From: SAR86 cluster bacterium
GTDB lineage: Bacteria; Pseudomonadota; Gammaproteobacteria; Magnimaribacterales; D2472
Assembly: GCA_003331545.1 (NCBI GenBank)
Contig: QOPC01000001.1
Coordinates: forward strand, 297 to 64,296
Direction of reading: 5' to 3'
Length of the DNA stretch: 64,000 bases
This document shows positions 37,136 through 46,664 of this stretch, one piece after another; within the stretch, counting starts at the first letter, position 1, and every line of letters begins with the position of its first letter. The position numbers were made by a program, and so were the translations under genes. The notes beneath the pieces are model-generated. The model made no database searches. It was not told the DNA's origin and saw only the letters and a program-made list of their open reading frames with translations.

Positions 37136-37890
37136 GAATGAATTTCTCTGGTAAAACCGCCCTAATTACAGGCTCTGGTCAAGGAGTCGGAGAGGGTATA
37201 GCCAGGGCTCTTGCTTCATATGGTGCAAATGTAAGCCTGGCTGGAAGAACTTTATCAAAAGTACAATTAGTGGCTGATGAAATTAATAGTTCGGGTGGAT
37301 CAGCAATTGCGATCGAATGCGATGTTAAAGATCTCGGTTCAATAAACAATTCAATTACACTAACTCTTTCTAAATTTGAGTCCCTAAATATTTTAATAAA
37401 TAATGCGCAAGAGGTTCCCTTAGGAAATTTGCTAGATGTAACAGATGAATCATTTTTAAATGGATGGAATTCAGGACCTTTGGCTACATTTAGATTTATG
37501 AAATCCTGCTATCCCCACCTTAAAGGAGATGGAAAGGTAATTAACCTCGCTAGCTCATCTGCTTTAAGGCCTGATTCAAGCTCATATGGGGCATATGCTG
37601 CCGTAAAAGAATCTATCAGATCAATATCAAGAGCAGCTGCTGTTGAATGGGGACCAGACAATATTATGGTGAATTGTATTATGCCCCTTGCAAAATCTGC
37701 TGGAATGGATTGGTGGATGAATGAAAATCCAGATGAGGCAAATGAATTTTTGAAAACTATTCCTTTAGGAAAAGTTGGCGATTGCAAGGATGATATAGGT
37801 GAAGCTGTATGTCATCTTCTATCAGACGGTATGAATTATATTACTGGATCCACGATTATGCTTGATGGGGGACAAGCTTTTTTAAGGTAA
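37132..37890 (+). CDS. short-chain dehydrogenase/reductase (SDR)
   Basis: TGSGQGVG, NNAQ, catalytic YAAVK. ATGA overlap with the upstream gene. Confidence 0.88.
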   Translation: MRMNFSGKTALITGSGQGVGEGIARALASYGANVSLAGRTLSKVQLVADEINSSGGSAIAIECDVKDLGSINNSITLTLSKFESLNILINNAQEVPLGNLLDVTDESFLNGWNSGPLATFRFMKSCYPHLKGDGKVINLASSSALRPDSSSYGAYAAVKESIRSISRAAAVEWGPDNIMVNCIMPLAKSAGMDWWMNENPDEANEFLKTIPLGKVGDCKDDIGEAVCHLLSDGMNYITGSTIMLDGGQAFLR

Positions 37891-37897
37891 ATACCAT

Positions 37898-38389
37898 ATG
37901 GATAAATTACAAATGTTATTAGATATCGAAGAGATTAAAAATCTAAAACATAGATATTTTAGAGCCATTGATATGGCAGATTTTGATCTGCTTGATGGAG
38001 TCTTTGCAGAAAATATTACAATTGATTATCGTGGAGGTACTTATAGGTGGGAGTCAGAGGGCAAAAATACAATTAAGGAAAGTCTAAGGCATGCATTTCA
38101 CAACCAATCAGCCGCAATGCATACAGCCCATCATCCTGAAATTGATATTCTTTCAGAAACTGAGGCAACAGGAAAATGGTATCTTCAAGATATATTTTAC
38201 AATTTTGATTTAGATAGTGTCACTCAGGGTACTGCGTTGTATGAAGATAAATACATCAAGGTAAATGAGAGTTGGCTAATTTTACATTCTGAGTATGATC
38301 GTATTTGGGAACAAGTCTCACCGATCAATCCAAAGGATAAATTTACAAAAATTCTTTTAAAAGAAAAAGGAATAAAAAAAAAGGAATAA
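37898..38389 (+). CDS. NTF2-fold SnoaL_4-like protein
   Basis: 163 aa. The N-terminal LLDIEEIKNLKHRYFRAIDMADFDLL pattern is typical of SnoaL-like/BaiE-like NTF2 proteins. Confidence 0.65.
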   Translation: MDKLQMLLDIEEIKNLKHRYFRAIDMADFDLLDGVFAENITIDYRGGTYRWESEGKNTIKESLRHAFHNQSAAMHTAHHPEIDILSETEATGKWYLQDIFYNFDLDSVTQGTALYEDKYIKVNESWLILHSEYDRIWEQVSPINPKDKFTKILLKEKGIKKKE

Positions 38390-38391
38390 AC

Positions 38392-38820
38392 ATGAAAGAA
38401 AAAGTTCAATCTGCCTTGGATAATTACGTTTTAGCTTATAGGAATAATGATAAATCTCTTTTTAGAAGTCTATGGGATGACGAAGCAGTATTTGAGGATC
38501 CTGTGGGAGCCGATCCATGTAATGGAATAGAAGCTATATGTGCATTTTGGGACTTTGGTCATGCAGATGGCATGGAAATTAAACCTACAAACGTTGAGAC
38601 AGTAGTTTGTGCTAATGAAGGCATATTAAAAGCTACAATGGAGGTAAGAAATACAAGTGATAATTCAGGAATGGATATTTCAATTGTTGACCATTTTGTT
38701 GTGAATACGGACGGCAAGATTTTAAGTGGGAGAGCTTTTTGGGATGAATCATCAATTTCAAGCCCAAGTAATATCAAGTCAATTGATGTAAATATCGATG
38801 ATTTTAAAGATAGGAATTAA
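38392..38820 (+). CDS. NTF2-fold ketosteroid-isomerase-like protein
   Basis: 142 aa. The pattern ALDNYVLAYRNNDKSLFRSLWDDEAVFEDPVG resembles the ketosteroid isomerase/limonene-epoxide-hydrolase-like family. Confidence 0.65.
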   Translation: MKEKVQSALDNYVLAYRNNDKSLFRSLWDDEAVFEDPVGADPCNGIEAICAFWDFGHADGMEIKPTNVETVVCANEGILKATMEVRNTSDNSGMDISIVDHFVVNTDGKILSGRAFWDESSISSPSNIKSIDVNIDDFKDRN

Positions 38821-38834
38821 GTTCTTCGTCATAT

Positions 38835-39590
38835 ATGCAACTGAGTGTTAATTTAAATAAAATTGCTCTATTAAGAAATTCTCGTGGCAATGATAGCCCA
38901 TCATTAATTGATTACGCTTTGCTTTGTATTGAATTAGGCGTTGATGGATTAACCCTTCATCCCAGACCAGATCATCGCCATGCAACATCTGAAGATGCTA
39001 TAGCTATCGCAAAAATATGCAAAGACAACAATATTGAATTCAATTTAGAAGGAAATCCATTTTCATTACCCATGGGAGCTTTTCAAGGCTTTCAAAATAT
39101 TTGCAATTTATCTACTCCGAATCAAATTACATTAGTTCCCGATTCACTCGATCAAATTACCTCAGATCATGGTTGGCAGCCTGATTATCTTGCAACTGAG
39201 CTAAAGGATTTTCTTTTAAACATTAAGGATTCGTCTTCGCGTTGTAGCTTATTTATTGATATAAATATTAGAGCTGTTGAGTATGCTGCTGATTTAGGCT
39301 TTCAAAGAGTTGAATTTTATACAGGACCATTTGCTCATTACATTGAAAGAAATGATATCGAAAAAACTAATAAAATAAAAAAGGAATTAACTCTCTGTAT
39401 TGATAAGGCAAAAGAACTAAACCTTGGTATTAATGCGGGACATGATTTAAATCTTGGTAACCTCTCTCATTTAAAAGAGTGCGGCGTAATAGATGAAGTT
39501 TCTATTGGGCATGCAATTATGACTGACGCATTGAAATTTGGCTTTCGCAACACCATAATAAAATATCTAGAATTAATAAGGAATGATTGA
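38835..39590 (+). CDS. pdxJ: pyridoxine 5'-phosphate synthase
   Basis: LSVNLNKIALLRNSRG, LHPRPDHRH, EGNP, EFYTGPFA, NAGHDLN, SIGHAI. Confidence 0.9.
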   Translation: MQLSVNLNKIALLRNSRGNDSPSLIDYALLCIELGVDGLTLHPRPDHRHATSEDAIAIAKICKDNNIEFNLEGNPFSLPMGAFQGFQNICNLSTPNQITLVPDSLDQITSDHGWQPDYLATELKDFLLNIKDSSSRCSLFIDINIRAVEYAADLGFQRVEFYTGPFAHYIERNDIEKTNKIKKELTLCIDKAKELNLGINAGHDLNLGNLSHLKECGVIDEVSIGHAIMTDALKFGFRNTIIKYLELIRND

Positions 39591-39907
39591 TGTCAATTGA
39601 AGAAAAAATTAAAGAGCAAATTAAAAATAATAGTATTTTGCTTTATATGAAGGGATCTCCCTATGAACCAAAATGCGGATTTTCTGCTAAAACAGTTCAA
39701 GCCTTAATAGATTGTGGAGCTGAGTTCTCATACGTTGATATTTTAGATAATCAAGAAATTAGGCAAACCTTACCAAACATTTCTGATTGGCCTACCTTCC
39801 CGCAACTTTTTGTAAGCGGCGAGTTAATAGGGGGGTGTGATATTATCACCGAGATGCATGAGGCTGGGGAACTTCAGACTATTATTGAAGAAGTTTCGTC
39901 TGAATAA
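39587..39907 (+). CDS. grxD: monothiol glutaredoxin (Grx4 family)
   Basis: CGFS active site (PKCGFS), WPTFPQLFVSGELIGGCDI. 106 aa. Confidence 0.92.
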   Translation: MMSIEEKIKEQIKNNSILLYMKGSPYEPKCGFSAKTVQALIDCGAEFSYVDILDNQEIRQTLPNISDWPTFPQLFVSGELIGGCDIITEMHEAGELQTIIEEVSSE

Positions 39908-40342
39908 CTAGCCAAAGTCTTTAAGCATCGCTTTTAATTCAAGCGAATGTTGTTCCTCTTCGCTTATCATGCTTCTAGCATATTCCTCAAGGTAGATTGA
40001 TGAGTCTTCTACGATAGATAACAGTTTTTTATATAAGCTCAGCGCGTGCAACTCATGTTCCATTCCTTCTTCTAGGATATCTTTCAAGGAATGTCTATGA
40101 GTTTCAATAATTTTTGCAATCTTCAGACTTGGATGTCCATCCAAACCTACAAGGAGTTCACCAGCTTGTTGAGCGTGCAACATTGACTCAGTTGCTTGCT
40201 CCTTTAAAAAAGTTACTATTGGAATTCTGTAAGGGCCAGTGACCATTAAAGATGAATGAGTATATCTAACAACTCCAGCTAATTCATACTCAATTATTTC
40301 ATTTAGAGTATCGCAAACTTCTTTAGTATTTAATGTTTTCAT
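39908..40342 (-). CDS. ferritin-like four-helix-bundle protein (bacterioferritin/Dps-related)
   Basis: 144 aa with helix-paired acidic/His motifs (EYELAG, ESMLHAQ, MEHELHAL, EEEQHSLE). A Fur box lies upstream. Confidence 0.7.
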   Translation of the reverse strand: MKTLNTKEVCDTLNEIIEYELAGVVRYTHSSLMVTGPYRIPIVTFLKEQATESMLHAQQAGELLVGLDGHPSLKIAKIIETHRHSLKDILEEGMEHELHALSLYKKLLSIVEDSSIYLEEYARSMISEEEQHSLELKAMLKDFG

Positions 40343-40429
40343 ATTACAGATATTTTTTTAATATTAGATTAATATTAAAGAATATATTTCTTTTTTTCTA
40401 CTTTGTAAAGTACTGATATTAGGTATTTT

Positions 40430-40448
40430 TTTAATGATAATCATTCTT
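40430..40448. promoter_or_regulatory. Fur box
   Basis: TTTAATGATAATCATTCTT matches the 19-bp consensus GATAATGATAATCATTATC at 15/19 positions. The central 13 bp, AATGATAATCATT, form a perfect palindrome. It lies in the divergent region between the ferritin-like gene (start 40342) and the MBL-fold gene (start 40487). Confidence 0.6.
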
Positions 40449-40486
40449 ACTATGGTATTTATTCTCATTTATGAAACCATATATGG

Positions 40487-41212
40487 ATGCAAATAATTAG
40501 GGGCGATGATTATCAATCGTGGGTTTATGCCAATCGTGACGATTTAGTGGTAGTAGACCCTTGGTTAACCAAGCGGCAGGTCTTTCCAGGCTTGAATTTT
40601 CTTTTGCATCGACGTGCACTTGAAGAGTCCTACTTAATTAAGAATAATCTTGTCAATAAAGTTACACATATCATTATCACAGCTCATTTTTCTGATCATT
40701 TGGATTTAGATTCATTAAATTTATTTAAAAAAGATATTCCTATATTTACTTCGCATGAAGCATCTAAAGTTCTTATTAAAAATGGATTTACGAATGTAAC
40801 TGTTGTTGAAATTAATAAATCTTATAAAGTTGGATCGTTGAAATTAGATATTTATCAAGCTGGAAAACCATATCATACAACAACATTTGCATATACTTTG
40901 GATGACTCTAAATCAAAGGTTTTCCATGAATCTCACATGTTTAATAAAAATCTTAATATTGAAAATGTCGATGCTTGTATCATGACTGTTGATATGGTCA
41001 AGGTTTTTGGTCTAGTACAAGTATCAATGAATCAAGAACAAGCTAGGTCTTCTCAATCTATTCTAAATGCAAAATATTTTATCCCAACAGGAATAGCTCC
41101 AAGTCAAACTAAGGGATTAATTAGTTACTTACTAAGCATAAAAGAGTTTTATCAAGAAAATGAATTTCTGCCATCAGTATGCAGAAAGGTTGGCGATTCT
41201 CTTAGCATTTAA
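40487..41212 (+). CDS. metallo-beta-lactamase-fold protein (degenerate motif)
   Basis: 241 aa. IIITAHFSDHLD sits at the position of the HxHxDH motif. Assignment is weak. Confidence 0.55.
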   Translation: MQIIRGDDYQSWVYANRDDLVVVDPWLTKRQVFPGLNFLLHRRALEESYLIKNNLVNKVTHIIITAHFSDHLDLDSLNLFKKDIPIFTSHEASKVLIKNGFTNVTVVEINKSYKVGSLKLDIYQAGKPYHTTTFAYTLDDSKSKVFHESHMFNKNLNIENVDACIMTVDMVKVFGLVQVSMNQEQARSSQSILNAKYFIPTGIAPSQTKGLISYLLSIKEFYQENEFLPSVCRKVGDSLSI

Positions 41213-41807
41213 TTGATGAATTAATGTCATCAAAGTCATTGATGATTTTACAAAAAACTTGAGCTGTTACCATTGCATCATATGCAGCGCTGTGAGCCTC
41301 ATCATTGTCATAATCTATGTCTAATTCTTTGCATATTTTTGCAAGCACAGTTTGTTTTGTAGCTAATACCCCTAGACTAACCGTATCAATCATTGAGAAA
41401 GAATGAAAGGGTGATTTTTTTATATTATTTCTTATGCAGGCTTCCAGCATAAAACTATGATCAAAGAATGCGTTATGGCCAACTAAAATTGCTCTAGAGC
41501 ACTCATATTTTGATTTATACTTATTTATAATTTTAAAACTCTCCTGAAGCGCATATTCTTCCTCAACTGCATTTCTTAAAGGGTGATTTAGATCCAATTT
41601 GAGAAATTCTAATGCTTCTTTATCAACCTTAAGACCATCAAAGGGTTTAATGTGGTATCTATGAGACTCTCCAAGAATTAATTTAGATTTTTCTTGCTCT
41701 ATAAGCTGAATCGCTATTTCTAAGATTGCATTTTTTTGAGGATCGAAACCACCAGTTTCAAGGTCTACAATCACTGGAAGAAATTTTCTGAATCTATCTT
41801 TTAACAT
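41202..41807 (-). CDS. rnt: ribonuclease T
   Basis: DEDDh exonuclease motifs: RFRKFLPVIVDLETGGF, GHNAFFDHSFM, HSAAYDA. 201 aa. Confidence 0.88.
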   Translation of the reverse strand: MLKDRFRKFLPVIVDLETGGFDPQKNAILEIAIQLIEQEKSKLILGESHRYHIKPFDGLKVDKEALEFLKLDLNHPLRNAVEEEYALQESFKIINKYKSKYECSRAILVGHNAFFDHSFMLEACIRNNIKKSPFHSFSMIDTVSLGVLATKQTVLAKICKELDIDYDNDEAHSAAYDAMVTAQVFCKIINDFDDINSSIKC

Positions 41808-41857
41808 TTAAGCCCCTTATCATGCACATATAATATAAACGAAAAGTTGCTATAAAG

Positions 41858-42871
41858 ATGATTTTCAAAGATATAACAGATACTTATTTTGAAGGCATAC
41901 AAATATCCTCGCATAATGAATTTGAGCATGAGAAAGTTTATTATTATGAAGACCATAAATCTGGTTTAAAATCTCTAATAGCAATTCATGATTCAACAGA
42001 AGGACCAGCCATTGGAGGCTGTCGTTTCAAAACATATGATTCATTTGAGTCAGGTTTAAATGATGTATTGCGCTTGTCTAAGGGCATGACACACAAAAAT
42101 AACATTGCTCAAGTTCCATTTGGTGGTGGCAAAGGCATTATTTTTAAGGAGGGCAAGAAGTCAAATGAAATGATGAAGTCTTATGCTGATTTCTTAAATC
42201 TGCTTGAAGGTAAATATATCTCTGCTGAGGATATTGGCATTTCTTTAAAGGATATTAGATTTATAAAACAATATACTGAATATGTTTTTGATAATGTTGA
42301 TCCAGGCCCTTACACAGCTAAAGGAATTTTTTATGCAATTAAAAGGGCGATTAGTTTTACATTTTCTGAATCACTGGTTGGCAAAAAAATAGCAATCCAA
42401 GGAGCTGGCAGCGTAGGATCTAAATTAGCAGATCATCTCTCCAAAGCTGGTGCAATTGTTTATATCTCAGATATTGATAATTCAAAATTGAAAATTATTT
42501 CAGACCCAAATATTACAATCGTAGACAATGCTTTTGAAATGCAATGTGATGTTTTTTCTCCATGTGCTGTTGGTGCGATATTTTCAAGATCTTCAATTGA
42601 AAATCTTAATTGTAAAATTATAGCTGGAGGAGCTAATAATCAACTTTTAAATGAGTCTGTCGCAGACGATTTGGATGCAAAAGGGATCACATATATCCCC
42701 GATATTTTAATTAATTCTGGAGGGGTTATTGGCTTAACCAAAGATATAATGGGCAGGAATGAAGAGCAAGCAGAATCAGAATTAATGAATATCGCAATAA
42801 GAGTTGAAGAGGCTATGGCAATAGCAAAAGATCAATCTATGAGCATTCAAGCAGCTCTAAAGTTAAATTAG
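41858..42871 (+). CDS. Leu/Phe/Val (amino-acid) dehydrogenase
   Basis: GPAIGGCRF, the catalytic-Lys region KNNIAQVPFGGGKG, and the Rossmann motif GAGSVGSKLA. Confidence 0.88.
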   Translation: MIFKDITDTYFEGIQISSHNEFEHEKVYYYEDHKSGLKSLIAIHDSTEGPAIGGCRFKTYDSFESGLNDVLRLSKGMTHKNNIAQVPFGGGKGIIFKEGKKSNEMMKSYADFLNLLEGKYISAEDIGISLKDIRFIKQYTEYVFDNVDPGPYTAKGIFYAIKRAISFTFSESLVGKKIAIQGAGSVGSKLADHLSKAGAIVYISDIDNSKLKIISDPNITIVDNAFEMQCDVFSPCAVGAIFSRSSIENLNCKIIAGGANNQLLNESVADDLDAKGITYIPDILINSGGVIGLTKDIMGRNEEQAESELMNIAIRVEEAMAIAKDQSMSIQAALKLN

Positions 42872-42884
42872 ACAAGTCTATGAT

Positions 42885-43928
42885 TTATTCTGCTACGCCT
42901 AGTTTTTTTTGCAGTTTAGTATTTGATGTTGTGTATCCAAAAGGAACTCTTTCACCAGGAAAAATTCTTTGATAAGCCTTTTGAACTGCCAGAGTAGTTT
43001 CATGAAAACCACATAAGATTAAGTCTAACTTACCAGGATAATTATTAATGTCACCAACAGCAAAAATTCCATCTCTATTTGTCTGAAAGTCCTCAGTATT
43101 AACAGAAATCTTTTTTGCTTCTAGTTCAAGTTCCCATTCGAGAATAGGACCTAATTTTTTATTTAGGCCGAATAAAAATAACAACTCATCTGCTTCATAG
43201 TCACTTGATTCTTTTGTATCAAAGTTTTTAAGAGTAACTCCATCAACTTTATCAATGCCATTAATTTTTTCTATTTGAAATGGTGTCAGCAAATTTACTG
43301 CTCCTGATTTTACTAACTCTCTCATTTGAGCTTCAGTATGTTGAGCGCCTCTAAACTCATCTCTTCGATGAACTAAATTTACTGATTTAGCTACCTTAGC
43401 AAGCTCAACTGTCCAATCTAAAGCCGAATCGCCTCCTCCAAAAATAAATAAGTTTTTATCTTTATAATCATTTATAGATTTAACTGCATAACTTACTCCT
43501 TTTGCTATAAATTGATCTGGATCTTCTATATTAGGAGGTCTTCTTGGCTCAAATGAACCAGCTCCAGCTGCAATAAAAATATTTTTTGTAATGCATTCAA
43601 TACCTTCATTAGTTTTTACACACCATGTCGTAATATCTTCTGAAGAAGATAATGATTCTATTGACTCAACTCTTTGAGAAAGATGAAGATTATAATCAAA
43701 AGGCTTAATTTGTTCTATCAAAGCATCAACGTGCTCTTGTGCAGTTTGAGAGGGCACACCTGGAATATCATAGATAGGTTTTTCTGGATATAATTCAGAA
43801 CATTGCCCACCAACTTTATCTAAATTATCTATTAGTGTGCACTTAAGACCTAAAAGACCGGCTTCGAAAACTGTAAACAAGCCTACGGGTCCCGCGCCAA
43901 TAACTAGTATATCTGTTTCTATTTTCAT
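42885..43928 (-). CDS. thioredoxin-reductase-type ferredoxin-NADP+ reductase
   Basis: DILVIGAGPVGLF, GGQCSELYPEKPIYDIPG, GGGDSALDW, HRRDEFR, GDI. ATGA overlap with metG. Confidence 0.88.
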   Translation of the reverse strand: MKIETDILVIGAGPVGLFTVFEAGLLGLKCTLIDNLDKVGGQCSELYPEKPIYDIPGVPSQTAQEHVDALIEQIKPFDYNLHLSQRVESIESLSSSEDITTWCVKTNEGIECITKNIFIAAGAGSFEPRRPPNIEDPDQFIAKGVSYAVKSINDYKDKNLFIFGGGDSALDWTVELAKVAKSVNLVHRRDEFRGAQHTEAQMRELVKSGAVNLLTPFQIEKINGIDKVDGVTLKNFDTKESSDYEADELLFLFGLNKKLGPILEWELELEAKKISVNTEDFQTNRDGIFAVGDINNYPGKLDLILCGFHETTLAVQKAYQRIFPGERVPFGYTTSNTKLQKKLGVAE

Positions 43929-45892
43929 TTAATTTTTTGTCCTGGTTGAGCTCCTGAATCTGGAGAGATAATAAATATTCCTCCTTCCTCATCGCTTGCT
44001 GCCAATATCATTCCCTCAGAAACTCCAAATTTCATTTTTCTAGGAGCTAAGTTATAAACCATCACCACTAATTTATCCTTTAATTGAGATGGATTATATG
44101 CAGATTTTATTCCAGCAAACACATTTTTGGTACCCAGATCTCCAAGATCTAATTGAATTGACAATAATTTATCTGCACCTTCAACAAAAGATGCATCTTC
44201 AACTCTAGCAACCCTTAGATCTACCTTCATGAAATCATCAACTTGAATTATATTTTTTTCTGATTCAATCATTTTATCTTCCTCAACGTAAAAATCTTTA
44301 ATATCTAATGGGTCAATCCTCTCAAGGATTGGTTTAAATTGCCCAATCTCACAATCTAACAGTTCCTGAGTCAAATCGTTATGATCAAATTTATCAATTT
44401 TAAGCATTTTCAGCATTTTCATACATAAATTTGGCGTAATAGGTGCTAATAATATGCATAAATTTTTGAAAATATTTAATGCAGTTGTTGCAATAATCGC
44501 TGCCTTTTCATTATCCAGTTTCCAAGGAGTATTTTCATTGATATATCTATTAGTATCATCAGCAATTTCCATAATCAATTTAACTGCTTTTGAGAATTCT
44601 TTGGCTTCGTAATGAAGGAATATCATATCCAAACTATGCAAACTTTTAGTAAAAATCTGTTTATCAATCTCCCCACTAAGCCGATTATTATTTTTACTAA
44701 TAAATGGAGCAGATCTACTGAATATATTCGAAAACTTTCCAATTAAATCTGAATTAATTTTTTGAGCAAGATCTTCAAGATTAAGATCAAGATCTTCAAT
44801 TTTAGAATTAAGCTTACTTGCAAAATAATATCTTAATAACTCTGGATCGCAAGCGTCAGCAAATTGATCTGCAGTAATAAATGTACCTTTAGATTTAGAC
44901 ATTTTTTCACCATTTACAGTTACAAAACCGTGAACATGAATACTATCGGGAAGTTTGTATTTAGAGTGATTTAATAGTGCAGGCCAAAATAATCCATGAA
45001 AATATATGATATCTTTTCCAATGAAATGATGGATTTCATATTCAGAATTTTTACTCCATAAAATTTCAAGGCTTGTATTATTTCTATCTGCCCAATGTTT
45101 AGCTGATGCCATATATCCAATTGGTGCATCGACCCACACATAAAAGTACTTTTCATTTTCTTCAGGAATTTGAAAACCGAAGTAGGGCGAATCGCGTGAA
45201 ATATCCCATCCCCTAAGATCATCATTAAGCCACTCAGAGAGCTTACTTACTATTGTTGATTGAATTGAAGAGTTCTTTAAAAAATTAGTAAGATCTTTTT
45301 TTTCTTTTTCAAGATCAAAAAATACATGTTCAGATATTTTCTCAATAGGGGCGGTTCCAGATAAAGCAGATTTTGGATTAACAAGTTCTGTTGCAGAGTA
45401 TGTTGCCCCACATACATCACATCCATCGCCATATTGATTTGTTGCACCACATTTTGGACAATCTCCAATAACGTATCTATCTGCAAGGAACATTTGCTTT
45501 TCTTCATCGAAACATTGCTCAATATCAGTCTTGTAAATATTGCCTGCAGATTTTGCAGCCAAATAAATTTCTGACACTAGAGATTCGTTTTCTTCAGAAT
45601 GAGTTGAGTGATAATTTGTATAGCTAATACCAAACCTCTCTAACGATTCTTCATGTGATTTTTTTACTTGATCAATAAAATTATCAGGTTTGATACCCAA
45701 TTCGTCTGCTTTCATCATAATTGGAGCGCCATGAGCATCGTCCGCACAAAAGCTTAGAACTTCATGATTAGCACTTCTCATAAATCTAGTCCAGATATCT
45801 GTTTGTATGTGTTCAAGAATATGACCTACATGAATTTCACCATTTGCATATGGAAGAGCATTTGTTACGATTATTTTTCTTGGTTTATTTAT
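43925..45892 (-). CDS. metG: methionyl-tRNA synthetase (start codon non-canonical/uncertain)
   Basis: KMSKS motif (GEKMSKSKG), zinc knuckle CPKCGATNQYGDGCDVCG, C-terminal tRNA-binding domain. The HIGH region (NALPYANGEIHVGH) is encoded in-frame upstream of the first ATG (45781). The in-frame stop is at 45902-45904 and there is no ATG/GTG/TTG in between. The 5' end given is the ATA at 45890-45892. Confidence 0.9.
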   Translation of the reverse strand: MNKPRKIIVTNALPYANGEIHVGHILEHIQTDIWTRFMRSANHEVLSFCADDAHGAPIMMKADELGIKPDNFIDQVKKSHEESLERFGISYTNYHSTHSEENESLVSEIYLAAKSAGNIYKTDIEQCFDEEKQMFLADRYVIGDCPKCGATNQYGDGCDVCGATYSATELVNPKSALSGTAPIEKISEHVFFDLEKEKKDLTNFLKNSSIQSTIVSKLSEWLNDDLRGWDISRDSPYFGFQIPEENEKYFYVWVDAPIGYMASAKHWADRNNTSLEILWSKNSEYEIHHFIGKDIIYFHGLFWPALLNHSKYKLPDSIHVHGFVTVNGEKMSKSKGTFITADQFADACDPELLRYYFASKLNSKIEDLDLNLEDLAQKINSDLIGKFSNIFSRSAPFISKNNNRLSGEIDKQIFTKSLHSLDMIFLHYEAKEFSKAVKLIMEIADDTNRYINENTPWKLDNEKAAIIATTALNIFKNLCILLAPITPNLCMKMLKMLKIDKFDHNDLTQELLDCEIGQFKPILERIDPLDIKDFYVEEDKMIESEKNIIQVDDFMKVDLRVARVEDASFVEGADKLLSIQLDLGDLGTKNVFAGIKSAYNPSQLKDKLVVMVYNLAPRKMKFGVSEGMILAASDEEGGIFIISPDSGAQPGQKIK

Positions 45893-45947
45893 TGTTGAGA
45901 CCTAATTTAGCTTTTATTCGAGTATTATAAGTCAAAACATTATATCA

Positions 45948-46664
45948 ATGGGCATCAAACAAATAATTGCTATTGCATCTGCTAAAGGTGGGGTTGGTAA
46001 ATCTACTGTATGTGCAAATCTAGCTTTGCATTTTTCTAAAAGCTTTAACGTTGGAATTCTTGATGCTGATATTTATGGGCCAAATCAACACATATTGTTT
46101 GATTTGTTAAATGAAAAGCCTGAGGTTCAGATGCTTGACGGCAAGAAAACTTTTATACCTGTAAAAATTGGAAATATTTCAATTAACAGCATGGGTTTTA
46201 TACTTGATTCAGATAAAGCTGCTATGTGGAGAGGGCCAATGCTAAGTGGCGCCATCAAGCAATTGAAAGATTTAACTCAATGGGGAGACCTTGATTACTT
46301 ATTTATTGATATGCCACCAGGTACTGGTGATGCTTATCTAACTATTGCAAAAGATATCAAACCAAATTTTGCAATATTGGTTACATCAATGAGTATTCTT
46401 GCAGTTAACGATACAATTAAATCAAAAGTGATGTTCGATCGACTAAAAATTCCTTTACTCGGCCTTATCGACAATATGTCATATTCTATTTGCCCTCATA
46501 CAGATGAACGTATTAATGAATTCGATCTTATAAATCTGCAACAAGAAATAGGATTAGATGTTCTTGGATCTATACCGAGAGATAAAGATTTAACAAATTT
46601 CAATTCAAAAAAAATACATCCTTCATTTCAATCAATTTATAATAATGTTCTTAATTTATTATGA
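45948..46664 (+). CDS. apbC: Mrp/ApbC-type Fe-S cluster carrier ATPase
   Basis: Deviant Walker A ASAKGGVGKST, DADIYGPN, DMPPGTGD. Short form without the N-terminal domain. Confidence 0.9.
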   Translation: MGIKQIIAIASAKGGVGKSTVCANLALHFSKSFNVGILDADIYGPNQHILFDLLNEKPEVQMLDGKKTFIPVKIGNISINSMGFILDSDKAAMWRGPMLSGAIKQLKDLTQWGDLDYLFIDMPPGTGDAYLTIAKDIKPNFAILVTSMSILAVNDTIKSKVMFDRLKIPLLGLIDNMSYSICPHTDERINEFDLINLQQEIGLDVLGSIPRDKDLTNFNSKKIHPSFQSIYNNVLNLL

